From Lepidodermella squamata (Eukaryota > Animalia > Gastrotricha), in contig JBLDXI010000042.1 in the NCBI GenBank assembly GCA_047495785.1, positions 682,001 through 746,000 of the forward strand: a DNA stretch of 64,000 bases. Direction: 5' to 3'. Shown here one piece after another: positions 48,712-62,467 of the stretch (positions are counted from its first letter, which is position 1; each line of letters starts with the position of its first letter). The notes beneath the pieces were generated by a model. It had not been told where the DNA came from. It worked only from the letters and a program-made list of their open reading frames with translations, and made no database searches. The position numbers and the translations under genes were made by a program.

Positions 48712-51700
48712 TCACGGTTTCGAGTAATCAGCACATTCGATTTCTACGATACGCTGCTGGTTGAAGGTCAGAACGTCATTGAAAAGGCTCAGGCAGCGAA
48801 TTCCTCCGACAAACGGCTTCACCGGCGTGGCCCAGGACCTGAAGGGTACAAAATAGATTATAGATTTGAGCAGGATGGAAAAAATGCCATCCCTCGATCC
48901 CAATGGGATTGGGGAATTTGTTTTTCTATGACCTAAAAATGTGGGGAAATGGGGCGATTTCCTGTCTTTTTTGCCAATTATGGCTTGTGAAAGCTGCAGG
49001 AAATTCCCCTTTATCAAAGCTTTCGAGATGGGGAAATGAAACTATTTTTTTCCAATAACCATCCCGTTTCTTCAATTTCTACCTTTCCCCGTATTGTAAG
49101 TTTGATTTGTTTCGCTGGGGAAGCCTTAATGGCAAGCGCACGCGTACAATTCAACTTTCGAACTATGGGAATTTCGAAAAACAAATTAGAAATTCTGAAT
49201 CAGCGGAAAAATGAGGGCAGGGTGCATATTTGCGCGCGATTATCTTCCAAAATCATGCAAAATTTCAATTTTCCCCGAAGTAAAATGTCCTTAATCTCTC
49301 AAAATTTCGAGTGTGCTCTTCTGTTTTGCATATATTCCGTTGATAATAAACTTGTGACTCTTTTTACACGGTTCCTCGTATATCTAGTTAGAACAGCTTT
49401 TCAGCGAAAAAAGCGCTTTTAGTGGGGAAATGGAGACCCTCGAAAAGTGGGATTGGAGGGAAAAAAGTTCCCACCCTGGATTCGAGAAATGTTCATACAG
49501 CAGTAATTTATCTTGATCTTGGGTCCGATTTAGAAAAAAGCCAAACTAACCCCCCTATGCGGATTGCCCCGCCATTCGTAACCGGTCGAACGGTGCTTGC
49601 TGGCAAGTAGACACCATTTGTTTTGTCGCAGAAGAAACCCAACACGCCGGTGGACGCATCGAACGTTATCGCCAAAAATCGCCACAAAGTGTCTTTCGGA
49701 CATTGTACAGCCTGCTCGGATGATCCAAACGCCCTGACAAGAAACGGCTGCGACCGATCTGGGGAAGCCGTGACTCGTAGCCCAGGCACCGACCCGTCAG
49801 GCGCGTATTCGAAAACCGTGCTCGCCTCGCTACCAGAGATGAGCGTTGCGAAAAGCGTGATTGTGAAATTGCCGCTGCTCAGCTTCGTCTTATCAGCGGT
49901 CACAGTTATGCCTTCGTTCGCGCTGTAGGTAAACGACGAATTCGCGATGCCGAATGGCCCCGAGGCAGCGATTGGGGGAGTTGCGCCCGTTACTACGGCA
50001 TCGGCTGTCGGGTCGATTTTGTCCTTGAAATCATAAGCCAAAGACCAGCTTGCTATTCTCCAGGGTAAGAGTTCGAAATAGCCAGTCGTCCTAAGGTAAT
50101 GAGACAAGAATTGAACCTGCAGGCACTTCATCCGAACTATCCACGACTCTTCGACGCTGAGCGCGTATTTGTAAAACGTGAAGCACGTGATTTGGCCTGT
50201 GAAGGTCAGCGATGCATTCAAACTGCTACCGAGTCTCAGCTTCGAACCAGCGGATGCGCTTGCTTGGGAAACTTCGTCGTCGAAATTGTCGCTAATGAAC
50301 CGCAGCCGACCTGCACTGCTGTCGTAAGAAAAGCAGACGAAGACCCATGGTTGAAATTCACCGGGTGACAGCACAGTATTCGTATAAGTATAACTGCCTG
50401 GTGTATGAAAATTAAAAAAAACCAGTATGTAATTAAAATGGAACTGTTCCGAAAAATAAGGCCTAAATTAGAAAGCTCTGTGGCTTGAATAAAAGGGGTC
50501 CAAATCGAGGTTAGGTTCAAAGGCGTCTGATATCGGGAGAACCACTGATTTGCAAAATCGATACCTGGAATCGATATCGGCTCTATAAGATAAATAATTA
50601 ATCAGGAACTGATCGCTCATAGCGCGAAATACGCGTAACTTGAAGATACGTGAAGATACGTGAACTCCAATTATCGATTATCGGTTAAATATTATAGCCA
50701 AAAATTTGAGATTCTAGTGAAGACTGGAAACTTAGCAAACTATATTTAGTGGAAATCTGGTGATAGAGTCTCAACTTAAGTGCTGAAACGCCCTGAATTT
50801 AGGGTGCGCTTTAGGCTTATTTGGTTTATTTCCTGGTTCAATTATCAATAACCCTCCCTCATCTATTTCATTTTAAACATTTCGAATTAGACTATTCGAA
50901 ATACAGGCGAATGAACTTCGCGCTGCCCTCGACCTGCCATACGATGCACATTCTTACGGAACGCTCTTCTTAGCAGATGCAAGTCGATCGAAGAAGATGT
51001 CATCGCAGACAGACTGGAAGACATCAGACGCTTGTCTCTGGTGTAGAGTCGCTTGCAAGCGCTGTCTCCAGACTAGCGATGCCATGGCTAGCTACCTGCG
51101 CTATATTTGGCAACTCGAATTTGATGACTTCGGAAGGAAAATCATGACCGACCCTCGCCAGCCTGGAGAATTTGACACCTGGCGAGCACCTCGACAAAAC
51201 CTTTGACAAGACCAACACGTCAATGGCTTCGATGTGTCGAAACTAGCACCCGTTTATATCTTATCTGAGCCTGAGCCCTGAGTGGAGCCCTTGGACCATG
51301 ATTGGACCAACTTATGAGCCCTGGAAATATTAAACTTTGTGCTTTGCATCCATCACCTGCAGTCTGATTCTCGGAAAAATCTTATTGAGTAAACTTGAGC
51401 CTCCCCTGGTGCTTAATTTATTTTGTGTTGAGGACCAATCCCGAAACCCCAAGTCGACTCGGAACAACGGAGCAATCCTACGAACAGGACAAAAGCGTCA
51501 AGCCACGCGAAAAACCAACCAGCTTCAAACAAGTCACCCAGAAACAAAACGAGTCAACAAAACAACTAAAATTATGCTAAAATATGTCGTACCGTTTTGA
51601 GCGATCCTCCCAAAAGGCAATTGGGATAACCAATGAGGCAATATGCCCAAGATGGAGATATAAGATACCGCTAAGGACAATAATTTACAGTATCTAGAAA

Positions 51701-54700
51701 CTCCGAATATTTTCTCTTGTAGCCTAAAAAGGTTGCTCACTGATTAAATTCCTAACTCAGTGGGTTGATAGAGATATAATGAAGCTTTCCCGAAGTTCAA
51801 GCGCCAAAAACCGACAAATAGATCATAGTTGGCAGCTGAAACTTTTGCTGAACTTTCCAGGTTCAAGATAATGAACTTAGATCCGACTGGTTAATTTCAT
51901 CATCTGAAGCAATTGATCAGTCTAAAAAGTAAACCCAACCCCCTAGTGAATCGAACCACCAAGACTAATTTACTCATTAAATCACCCATGCCCCCCAATC
52001 CATTATGCCACCCACTACTTCACAAAGTATAATGCGATTAACGGGCTGATCTCGTCATTGATAATATATGAGATAAATACCTATAAGGATCAAGGTAAGC
52101 ATGGTTATTACCATGACAGTCGAATAGAGGGCCCTCGGTTCTGTAACCCCGAAAGATTGCAAGCCCGCGGAGCCCAGGGTTCAGCGGTTATGACGCGTCA
52201 AAAACGCCAAAACAGAGCCCTTCGACTTATCCGTGAGATTTTTCCTTAAACTGCCCCTACCACTTCAGTGAAGTTTTCGACCTTTCTCCACGACGAGACA
52301 GTGACGTCTCTAAATGAAAATAGTTTGGTAACTATATTTTCAAGGCATCTCGTACGTATTTTGATTATGTTTTTTTACCGTAGTCATACCGTAGTACTTG
52401 CCGTAGTTTTTCCGTAGTTTTACCGTAGTGCTACGGAAAAACTACGGTAGCAATCGTATATAGAAAATACTACGATTATCGGTCATCGATGTATCGTTTT
52501 GGGAAATAATTATTTTGGGAATTATTAATTTGCTTAAAAAGTGGATTTTTAGAGCAATTTCTCTTTTGGGTAACCCAATTGCCAATTGGGGCGGATTGCT
52601 CATAACGGTACGACAAATATATATTTATAAAACTAATTATAATGATCATGAGGACATGCATGATAATTTGATGATATAGTGATATGATCACTGACTCTGC
52701 TTCTGGTCCGAGAGCAACTTAATATTTAATGTTGGATGGACATAAAACAATAAATCTGGAAAACTGCCAAACAATGGCCCGACTCGGACCCGCTCTCAGG
52801 GACTAAGTCTGGCATTTTCAAGGCAACTTTTACGTTTTTTCGAAAAATTCGAAAGGGTTCATTTCCCCTTCCCCACTCGGAACAGTAGTTTTACATTAGT
52901 ACTTGTTGTTACGCGGAAAGTGTTCTGAGCCGGGTTGTAATATATGCCGAATAGCACTTGTGTCGTGTCGTAAGATTCCATAATTGGAACAAATTCATTG
53001 GGCCGTCCAGTGAAGCCAGCGTACGCGCACACCGTGAAAGACGTCCCATTGGCGACCAGCTCGCTTCTGTTCATGTAAATGAAACCGTTAGTCGGGCTGA
53101 TTTCAGGCGCCGATTGCTCGATGCCAAAGGGACCAACAGCTAAGTTCAGAGAAGCGCCAGTAAACTGTGCATTGAAGACGTTTCCACTGACGTCATAAGT
53201 GCCGAATGAATAATACAGTGGCAGAAAAACAGTATTTGGGGGTAGCCCGAAAGGTTTCTCTATAAAATTATCCGATTTTTTCTAAAATCACATTGATGAT
53301 CACTCAAACCCACGCTGCATGCAAAGATCACGACTTGTAAACGTCGGTGGAACACCTTGATCCTATATGAAGAAAATGTTACAATAACGAGATATTCCTT
53401 TTCATTTCAAGACGTACCCAGTAACCCGGACAGTAATTATTCACAGGAACACATCTTGTTTCCACGAAAAATTGGCTTTTACATAGCTTGACCTGTCAAA
53501 GAAAATTTCTCAAGCCAGTAAACACGAAATAGCGATAGCTCTTGAAAAGCAGTTCGCGAACTTGTGTTTCTCTCACAGCAGGGCTTCTCAACCTCAAGCA
53601 ATCGGCGACCCACAGGAAAAAAAACCTTTGGGTCCGCGACCCCTGGGTCATTTTATTGAATTTTTAAATTGAATTTACCCCCAATAAAATAAAATATAAT
53701 AAAATGAAATAACAACCAAAAAACCACAGGGGGGACCCTTTGGTCATAAAATTGGGGCCCGAAAATACCCCCAAGTTCGAGGATCCTACTTCGCGCACTG
53801 CTCTCAATTCCTCTCAAACACTATTACATCATCATATTCTCAATACTCAAGAAGTACTAATCGTAAATTTAATCATCCTTCAAAATTTTTCTTGCGACAC
53901 AGCAAGTCGAAACGCGGCTCAGGGTGCGATCTTGGATCTCGGAGCTGCCAGGGATAAAACAGTTTTTTGCTGTATTTGCCAAAATGACTAGTCATTTTAA
54001 CTGAAAAGCGAGCGAAGCGAGAAACTTTTGAAGATTTTCCACTAAAACACGCTCCAAAACCTCTCAAAATTAACGAAACAGTGGGATAAATACTCATTTT
54101 GTTGTCTGGCCCGGCCGAGCTGGGAGGAAGATCCCCCACCCTCCACGATCGGTTGACCAATCAGCAAGCGCCTTGGAGTTATTACTATTTAGCTCAAGCA
54201 CAACGCCTTTGGATTCTTGACCTCTAGACGGACAGGGTGCGCTATTTGGCCGCTTGAGTTGGAAATAACCTTTGATAGAGCTTGCCATGTGTTAAAGAAA
54301 TGAAAAATACCGATGAAAAATAGAGAAAACGTTAAGATTGAGCACGCGATTTCACGTACATTCAGGATGTTTTCCTCTCTAGAAAAAACTCAAATCGACC
54401 CCCGCGACCCTTGGAGAAGGTCCGCGACCCCTCAAAAATTGGCCCGCGACCCCCGCGGGGGTCGCGACCCACCGTTTGAGAAGCGCTGTCTCACAGGATA
54501 GAAAATTTTGTAACTCCGAGATACCTGCCATTCGAGGCAGGTGAAATCTCCGTTCTTAGTTTATTTTCCAACTAATTATTCCACAGGATAATTTCTAGAA
54601 TTCGACAACAAATTGAGGTCAAGCAATGGCATTTAAAATTGGCCCAACCGACAGATGATATCTGAATAGACCAAGAACCAAAAACCCTTCGTATCTTCCA

Positions 54701-56646
54701 AGATCGAATCTTGGTAAATACTTTTTATTCGATTTCAACAGGAAAACATTTGATTTTTAAAGTGACTCAAATTTTTCCCGAAAAAACCACCGGTCAACGC
54801 TTGGAAATCCCATCTACCCGAAGAATTCCCAATATTCTGTTTTAGCAACTTATCACATTTTTTTAAATATCCTTATCTAATACTGAGATTGTATTTACAA
54901 CAAAAGTTTACCGGAATTTCGTTCATACAGGCGTCGTGATTTTCTTTGAATGTTGTCGAACCACCATACAACTTAACCTGAAAGCATAAAGATTGCCGAC
55001 ATTGGAAAAGCTATTTGTTCGCACTCACCTGAGTTCCACTAGGCTTGATGCCATAACATTGAACGCTGTCGCTCGTATTACACATTACTGCTCTCTGGAA
55101 AACGAAATTGTTTAACATTATCATTTTCAAATTATATTATGCTACCAACCCCATTCAAACAGCTTGCTCTGTTGACAAAGACAGCGTTCGAAAATGAACG
55201 AGTTTCAGTATTGGACAGGCAGCCGGTAGCCTCGAGTCGGCAATCGATGAAATAGTTTGTTGCGGCGTCAAAGCACCTGACATGCGGCTTTTCACGGTCT
55301 GGAACATTGACTAGAAAAATATGAAATAAAACGATGCGAATGAAAACAAGAATTATGTAAAACATACGCGTGGTACCGGCGATGCAGAGATTCAAATTAT
55401 TGAAACTCATGCCATCAGTTGTCTGGAAAATAAAGGTTAAACAAGTCATATTATGAATTTAAAAAAAAATCCAACCCAATTCTCAGGACACATATAGCTA
55501 TAAGGAATACACGTCTTTCCGATTCCATTTTCTGTGCAGCGTTTAAAAGCTTGATTCTATATATAAATAGGTAAGCGATAATTGAAAATTAGGAAATAAA
55601 CATTGTAATTACCATGAACTTTGATCGGGCGTCATTGCAAGCGTCCAAACTGCTCCTCATAGTGATGTTTCTGAACCAGTCAAGCTATCAAGAGATGGAA
55701 ATTGGTAGATGATGGGCGAAGCTCAATTCCTACCTCTATCTCCCTGTCAGCCGCTGGTTCACCGCTCGTTTTACAGTTCGCGAGGCCGGGATTGCATCGA
55801 GTTGTTAATGAGCTGTATTTGTAGCACATTTTGGCATTCTGTATTTTTCGAGGAAATGAAGTTGAGCCCCAAAACATATAAAAGAAGCACTTCGAACCCC
55901 CAGTCGGCAGGTTGCGAAATCCGGGAGCTGCGGACCCCACTGGAAAAAAAAACAAATACATATTACACAGGAATTCACAGGAATCTTTAACATCAAACAA
56001 GCATGTCGCTTTTAAAGACTAAATTTTCCAAAGAAAAAGGCCGCAGAAAAATGTGAAACTTTTATAGGAAAATGCAGCCCACTGTTACGTGAATTTTAGA
56101 AAATTCTTGTACAGCTTTCCTAATTTTTTAAAATGGTCGTCAAAATGTTCCCGGTTCGCTCGAAAGTGATTTTGAAAAATTCGAAGCCTGACCATGGAAA
56201 CAGTTGCTATTATTAAAGCTCTTGATTTGTCAATTTAAAAATAGTCTTAACCTGGTGAGCATTTTCTATAAAAATACGTTTTGAAATGCCGAAAAGATAG
56301 ATGACACCGTATTTGTTCCAATAGTAGCTATCCACTAATAATTGCCCAGGGTTGAGGGGTCAATTCGGTTCGAAAGCATCTAAAATGAACGATTCAGCAA
56401 AACATAATTTTTTGAAATTTTCGAAATTTCGAGGTTGAAATTTTAGTAGCCCGGCTGCTCTAGGAACAAATACGGTAATTAATTTACGGTGCCGCCTACC
56501 TGATATTCAATGATTGGATCACATGTTGTATAACAGTTGGAGAAAACGTTGTTGGTCTGATAAAAGCAGCGCTTGAAATTTTGACAATCTGCCGGAGCAA
56601 TACAGCAAATAATAATTGAAAATAATGCGAGAGTGAAAAGCTTCAT
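48712..56646 (-). CDS. Secreted Cys-module plus LamG-domain protein (paralogue C)
   Basis: Exon 1 MKLFTLALFSIIICCIAPADCQNFKRCFYQTNNVFSNCYTTCDPIIEYQ; Cys exons matching paralogue B (NAKMCYKY..CNPGL; KPHVRCF..DCRLEATGC); LamG exons at about 53260-52880, 50398-49550 and 48838-48712. Some introns are expanded by TEs. Confidence 0.8.
53579..54488. mobile_element. hAT-type non-autonomous element (910 bp)
   Basis: TIR CAG(G/C)GCTTCTCAA with 8-bp TSD TCTCACAG (53571-53578, 54489-54496); CGCGACCC subterminal repeats; contains part of the 4665-4821 MITE family. Confidence 0.9.
56307..56475. mobile_element. pogo/Tigger-like MITE
   Basis: CCGTATTTGTTCC...GGAACAAATACGG-TA inverted ends. Confidence 0.7.
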
Positions 56647-57910
56647 CTTTTCGATTTAAAATGAGCAGAAATAGTGAAAAATGTTTTTTATTGACGGCTT
56701 AAACGTTGGCCGAAAGCACGCGCTTTAAAAAAATGCGTGCAAATACTGGTGACACGTGCTTTTGTTGTTATTCAAATTTTAAAAATATGTCAACTGCACT
56801 GATTTTCCAGCCATAAAATTTCAGCGCTTTGCCTCTGGCTAGATCACATTATTAGGGATAAACGGATAGGTTGAAGCCATGGGAGATTGTAGGAATTGCA
56901 TGTTTCATCGACGAACCCTCGAAAACTTCTCTATTCATGCATCAATCATCGCAGTGAAAAATGAAACGGTGGATAACGTTGAATATTTCGGAAATTCAAT
57001 CAATTTTAAGGATCTCAATTTTCACGCAGGAGTGATGAGATCAACTATTGATCGCTATAGGATATACTTTACACTTAGCCATTTCTCAGGGTCAGAATTC
57101 GATCTTCGATTGATTGACATTAATTGTTATCTTCTACATTCATTGTGGAATTTCTTTTATTAAACTAGCGAAATTTATCGAATAAAAAACTGAAAAACGA
57201 TTACAAAATAATCCAAGAATAGCAATCCAGCGGAAATCTTCGGGCACCGGATCTTCTCTCGTTTCATGTTCGCTCTATTTTTCTCTGACTTGAACTTCGA
57301 GCATGAAGAGTAAAGAGGGCTTCGAAAATAGCCGTATCATTGGCACAGCAAAAATACCCCGCCAACCGCCAATCCTGATTATACGCGTAATATGCGGTTT
57401 TGTGTTCATATTACTGATCCTTTGTTTGATTTTCTCGTCTCCCAGAATCCATGAACATATTTATATTAATAATGATACGTATTTTCACTAAAAAAAATAT
57501 CATTTCGTGTTATTTTGCTGAATGAGTAATTGAGTTTTGAAATCGCATGGTTAGAAACTTGTTTACGACAACTTTTAAAACTCCACGCGATCGGGCAAAT
57601 GTTGATTTGAAAAATAACATAAAATTTAAGGGCGCTCCATACAAAGATTAGCTGTCACAATAGTTCTTTTCTTAATAAATTATTAAATGCCTACAATTCT
57701 CCGCTTCATTTTGAAATAATTTTGACAATATTTACATATTGCGATTGAAATCCTGCCGAAAGTCCTGGCTAAACTAGAGTACACGGCTGGAATGGACACG
57801 AACCGTCTACATTCTACATTTTCATGTCTGTGCAAGATTAGACTATCCTGGAACTATTAACGGTCAAGTTAACGGAAAAAATTGTGATGCATGATTCCTA
57901 TTTATTCAAT

Positions 57911-59186
57911 CTAGTCAAGCATTTTACGTAAATAGTAAGTCAAAACTGCGATACCAATCACAAGAGAAATAACGCCTACCAAAAAATCAACGAATCGGAT
58001 GCATTGCACGCCGCCTCTCACTTTTTTCCACAGCAATCGTCTACCCTCCGGCATTTTGCTAACTGAACAGCTGATTAATGTGTATATTGTGATGACGACG
58101 CAAACTACCATGAAAACGATGACTAAATTGATAAGGTAAACCTCCTCAGAAGTTCTAGGAATCAACGAGAAAATAAGACTCAATAGCACAGCAATAGCCA
58201 AGTTCACAGTGACACAGAACGCCGGCCTATCCGGATGGCGAGGGTTCATGAACAAGCCGGATATTTGAAGTATGTATAAAGTCATCGTCGGCACGAACAC
58301 ATTACCGACGTAGTAGTTATGCTTCCGCTTCAGTTTCAGCGTTAGAGTAACATGAGGCGATCCACCGACTGGGAAAACAGTTCCGTTGTAGCTAACCAGT
58401 GACCATATATCATCGTTACGTAACGCAGCGTAGCCGGCTGTTATACCGATCTGATCGATGTTTATTACCAGTTCAGAACCAATGTTCTCACTTTCAAACT
58501 CGAAATCGCACGACGCCGTGTCGAATGGAAATTTCGTGTATTTGAAGCCGAAACACATTGAAGTGAACGATCGCACGCAGTAAATCAGGAATTTCGGCCC
58601 GGGAATGCGAAAGGGTCTGACTTTAATGAAAGACTCACTGCTAACTTGATTCTTAATATCAAATGGCTTCATTAAATGTGGTTTTACCCTCTTAGTGGCC
58701 TTGAGTCTCCAATCGCATTGATATGCTGAATATCAGGCCACCAAACAGAGTTAGCTGGGATTTCGAACTGAAACCGGTCGAGCTGCTTGGATGGGAATTT
58801 TTTGAAGTTGGCCAGAAGATCGGGTCTGATATCGCGCCCGCAAGGGATATCCCACAGCATTCGGAATGTCATTGTAACAGTCATGCTGGGAAAATAATTT
58901 AGGATTTTTTTCATTATTAAACAAGTGCGAACCTCATCGAAGAATCACTGACTTCGATAATCTGCAATATTTTCGATACTAGATAGCTCTGAATGGGCAA
59001 TGAGAAGTTCTTGGTTTGAAGGTGATTGGCGGAAGGGAGATTGTTTGCCTTCGCAATAGGGCAAAGCTTGAAAAATTTGCTCTGCAATTCTTCGAGCTCG
59101 ATAGGTGAATTATCATCGCTCGCCTCAGCTCGGCTGAGAGCACAACAAATAAAGATGATATGAAGCTTTAGTAGCACTGATTTCAT
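57911..59186 (-). CDS. Divergent Cys-loop ligand-gated ion channel subunit (nAChR-like, ~392 aa)
   Basis: Exons 59186-58933, 58885-58688 and 58637-57911 join in frame. Signal peptide, WWPDI (loop A), Cys loop C..FPFD..C, LKRK..YY..NVFVP pre-M1, four TMs, IPRTS M2-M3 linker. Confidence 0.9.
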
Positions 59187-60065
59187 AGCAGAGCAATAAA
59201 GATATGGAATGGAGCAGATTCGACGGTAGCTGTGCTGTCGCGGTACAATAACGAAGACTTTGCTTGTTTGCACATTTTTCTAGTCTTGATTTTCTTTTAA
59301 TTATTTGTTTATTCAGCGAAACGAAAATATCCAATAGCCTGAAACTTTTATTAAAAACAATCGAGCGAATTATCGAGGAAAAATTGTCGAAAAATTAGCC
59401 AACATACCAAGCGTAGTAGTCATGAATGCCGAAACTAGAACCATGTTTGCTATCATAGCAAGCAGTCCAAAAACAAACAGATACGGAGCTTTACTACTGT
59501 TCTTTGTAGTTGTAGATATTCCAGCCCTCCTCCAAGTCAAGAGTAGATTGGAATTTTTCCTCTCAACAGCATATGGCCATGTTTGTACTAAAAACTGCTG
59601 TGCTGAAGTGCTGTATGGCCAGTGAGCCAAGTAGGATCCGGGAGCTGAGGTGTTTTCTACTTTTTTTCTTGGACCCAGCCGGAGAAACCAAAGGGTACCC
59701 ACTGTGGTGTTTTCAGCCTATCTCTGGTTGGGGTCTCGGAGCCCGGAGCCGGGGTGTCGCAATTTTTCAACCCTGTACTTCGCACCCTGCGTATGGCCAC
59801 TACGACGTGGACAAAGCTAGGAATAAGGCCCCATTATAAGCAGTTCGGTTGAAAAAACCGCGAAAGGATGTTATATACTGGATATTATACTGGCGAAGGT
59901 CTCTAGTAGCCTTATAGAGTGATGCCGTTTTGAAAGCTTCTCTGTTTTTTTTCATTTTAAAAACTTTTTAATGCAAAGGGACGGCTTGGAAAATGCGATT
60001 TTTACTCTCCGTCTATATATTAAATTATTAAAACTCGAACGGATGATGTGTTCCGACATGAAAAT

Positions 60066-61916
60066 TTACGCCGCAATAATATGATAATCAGAAGTTAATG
60101 GCATAGTCGTAGAATGATTGCTTAGGTTGACCTTAGCCAGTGGTGCATCGTTTTTCGTGTAATCGATAAGAATGAGGAAATATGTCAGGAGAGCGGCAAA
60201 CAGCTGAAATTCAAAGAACACAAGCTCATCCCTCTGATGCCGTAGGTGCAAAATTGTCCGAGTTGAACTTTGTCGAACGAGATTCCCAAATTAGACGTAA
60301 TACAGTACAACGGGTTCAGATTTTACAAGTTACTTAGGTACAGCATCAGACTATAGGTCAGGAATAGATAATTCTACCTAGCAGAATTGAGCAATTTTTC
60401 AACCCTGACGTTCTAAAGCCCTTAAATCTGAGATTTTCAGCTCACAAAACCGTTGAAGGATTCTCCCCATGAAATATTGCAGAAATTTAGCCCAATCGGA
60501 TAAAATATTAGGGCGAAGCGGGGGGGGGGGACATTTTCGGTGTTTCCGGCCCCTCTTATTGGAACCTCGGACCTACTTGGTACAACGAAATGATTTTCCG
60601 AGTTTTTCGGCAAACTCAACTCGGAGAATGGTTCAGGATTCAGGAAAAGATTAAACTTACAGCCGCTATTGTCTCTCTTCGCAGAGGTATCATCGCTAGA
60701 ATGTAGAGTGAGCAGTGGTCAGAAATTTGGCTCAGTAGTAGAGTAAGCTTCAAATAGAGACTTACGATTAAACCTTGAATACAAAGCTGAAACAGCTTAC
60801 TACCTGAATTAAGGTGGGAGTGTCATTCGATCTTACGTTCAAATTGAACAGCTTCTCCTTGATATTCTCAGACCAGTGGGCGATGAATGCCGATGGCAGG
60901 ATGAAAATCACCATTCCAGCCAAAGATGCTGAGATCCAGAACGTAGTAACAAATCCTTCAAGCAAGGCGTCGCTTTCACGAAGGTTCCAAAGCCCAACTC
61001 CAACGCCTCGGTACAAAGTCACGAGAAACGCCGTGAAGCCATACGCTGCAGTCGTGAAGACTGATACGCGAATGTGCCGATCGAAATGGCGAACCATTCG
61101 TTTGAGGCTCAAGTGGCGTAGCCGGATGAACTCTAGGAAATCCCGCTCAGTTAGCTTCCAGACGGAATTCATTGGATTTTCGGACTTCAAACCATCGATT
61201 GGGGCTACAAATAGAACTCGCTTGCTGTAGCTGTTCACCTCCCTCGACAGCTGGTGGAAGCAGTCGGAGAGGGTGAAGCCTAGTAGGGTGAAGAATGCGA
61301 TGGAAAATACGAAACTCCAGTCTGTGATGAAGCTGGTAACGAGCCAAAAAAGGATAGCAATGAAATTCCACGCAGAGTCCTCTTCGATGAATTGTTCTAA
61401 AGGTGAAATCAGGTAGCCATAATGGTCGCGATCGAACATCAGACATATTACTCCTATAGCAGAGTTGATCGAAGCCGCTAGAATTCCAGCGATGAAAAGG
61501 AAGAAAGCCTTTTGGTTTCTTTCAACCTCATAGTGATTCGAATCCTCTTCTTGGAATAGCCAACCTTGTTTTAGGCCCAAAATTGGCTGGAATCGGCCTT
61601 TACAACTACTGACGACCATGTTAGTTCGAACAGCGGCTTCGTTTAGGTAGTACAGCGCCCCAGCTGTGTGGAAAATGATCATTGAAATCGGGGTATTCGA
61701 GATTGCTCGCCAAAGAAAAACGGTGAAGAATCGAAACGCATTCACCCAAGTGAAGATGACCATGGAGATCACGTAGGCTTTGTACCATCTTGAGCTCGGG
61801 TTGACTCCCCAATCGGCGTGAGACCAGTTCGGCAGGAGACCGAGCAATTGTAGAGTTACAACGAGGAAGCGGAAGCCTTTCGTTCCGTTTGAGGAAAAAC
61901 CTGAGTTACAAGACAT
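60066..61916 (-). CDS. Gustatory-receptor-like (7tm_7/GRL) chemoreceptor (~445 aa)
   Basis: Exons 61916-60804, 60747-60661 and 60203-60066 with two C-terminal phase-0 introns; LQLLGLLP near the N-terminus, about 7 TMs, TM7 motif TYFLILIDY. Confidence 0.82.
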
Positions 61917-62467
61917 TTTTTGACGCACTCAGAAGGCGAGTAGGAGCTTTGCGTCGATTCGACCCATCTAATTGCGGGGTAATGCACGGTTCTATCAAGG
62001 TGAAAGTGAAAACCATCGAACTCAACATATTATCCTATATATTTGTTTTTTATAATGTCTGTTATCTATTTACAAATTCAACGACCGACGATACACGCTA
62101 TGAATCTTTAATCCGCGGAGTCGGTCAAAATTAAAATTATAAATTGTTTCAATAAGTATCCTCAGTCAACCGTTTTTTATGACGAGCGATGAGACCATGC
62201 CATTAGCAAGAATTCTCATAATTCTTGATTATACCAAAAGCTTCAAATTGTCCGCAATAATCTTCTCTCGCTTCAATTTATTTTCAAGCAAAGATGAATT
62301 GTCTCACAAACACAACACATTTCAGGGAGCCGATCTCACTGTATTCGATCGCTACTTGATTTCGCTCACTACTCGTTGTACTGTTCTACTCGAACGATGC
62401 TTGTTCTAGATTACTAGCCTGATGATGAGTACGCGGTACCCGAAAAGTCTCTCCACTCGAGAGAGTA

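Noticed and set aside
59370-59702. 110-aa minus-strand ORF with a C-terminal hydrophobic segment
   Set aside because: 5' half lies in a MITE-like sequence; no start context, partner exons or motif.
62179-62250. ILIILDYTK resembling the GRL TM7 exon (FLILIDYTK)
   Set aside because: Only about 9 residues, lacks TY and a splice acceptor; may be chance or a tiny relic.
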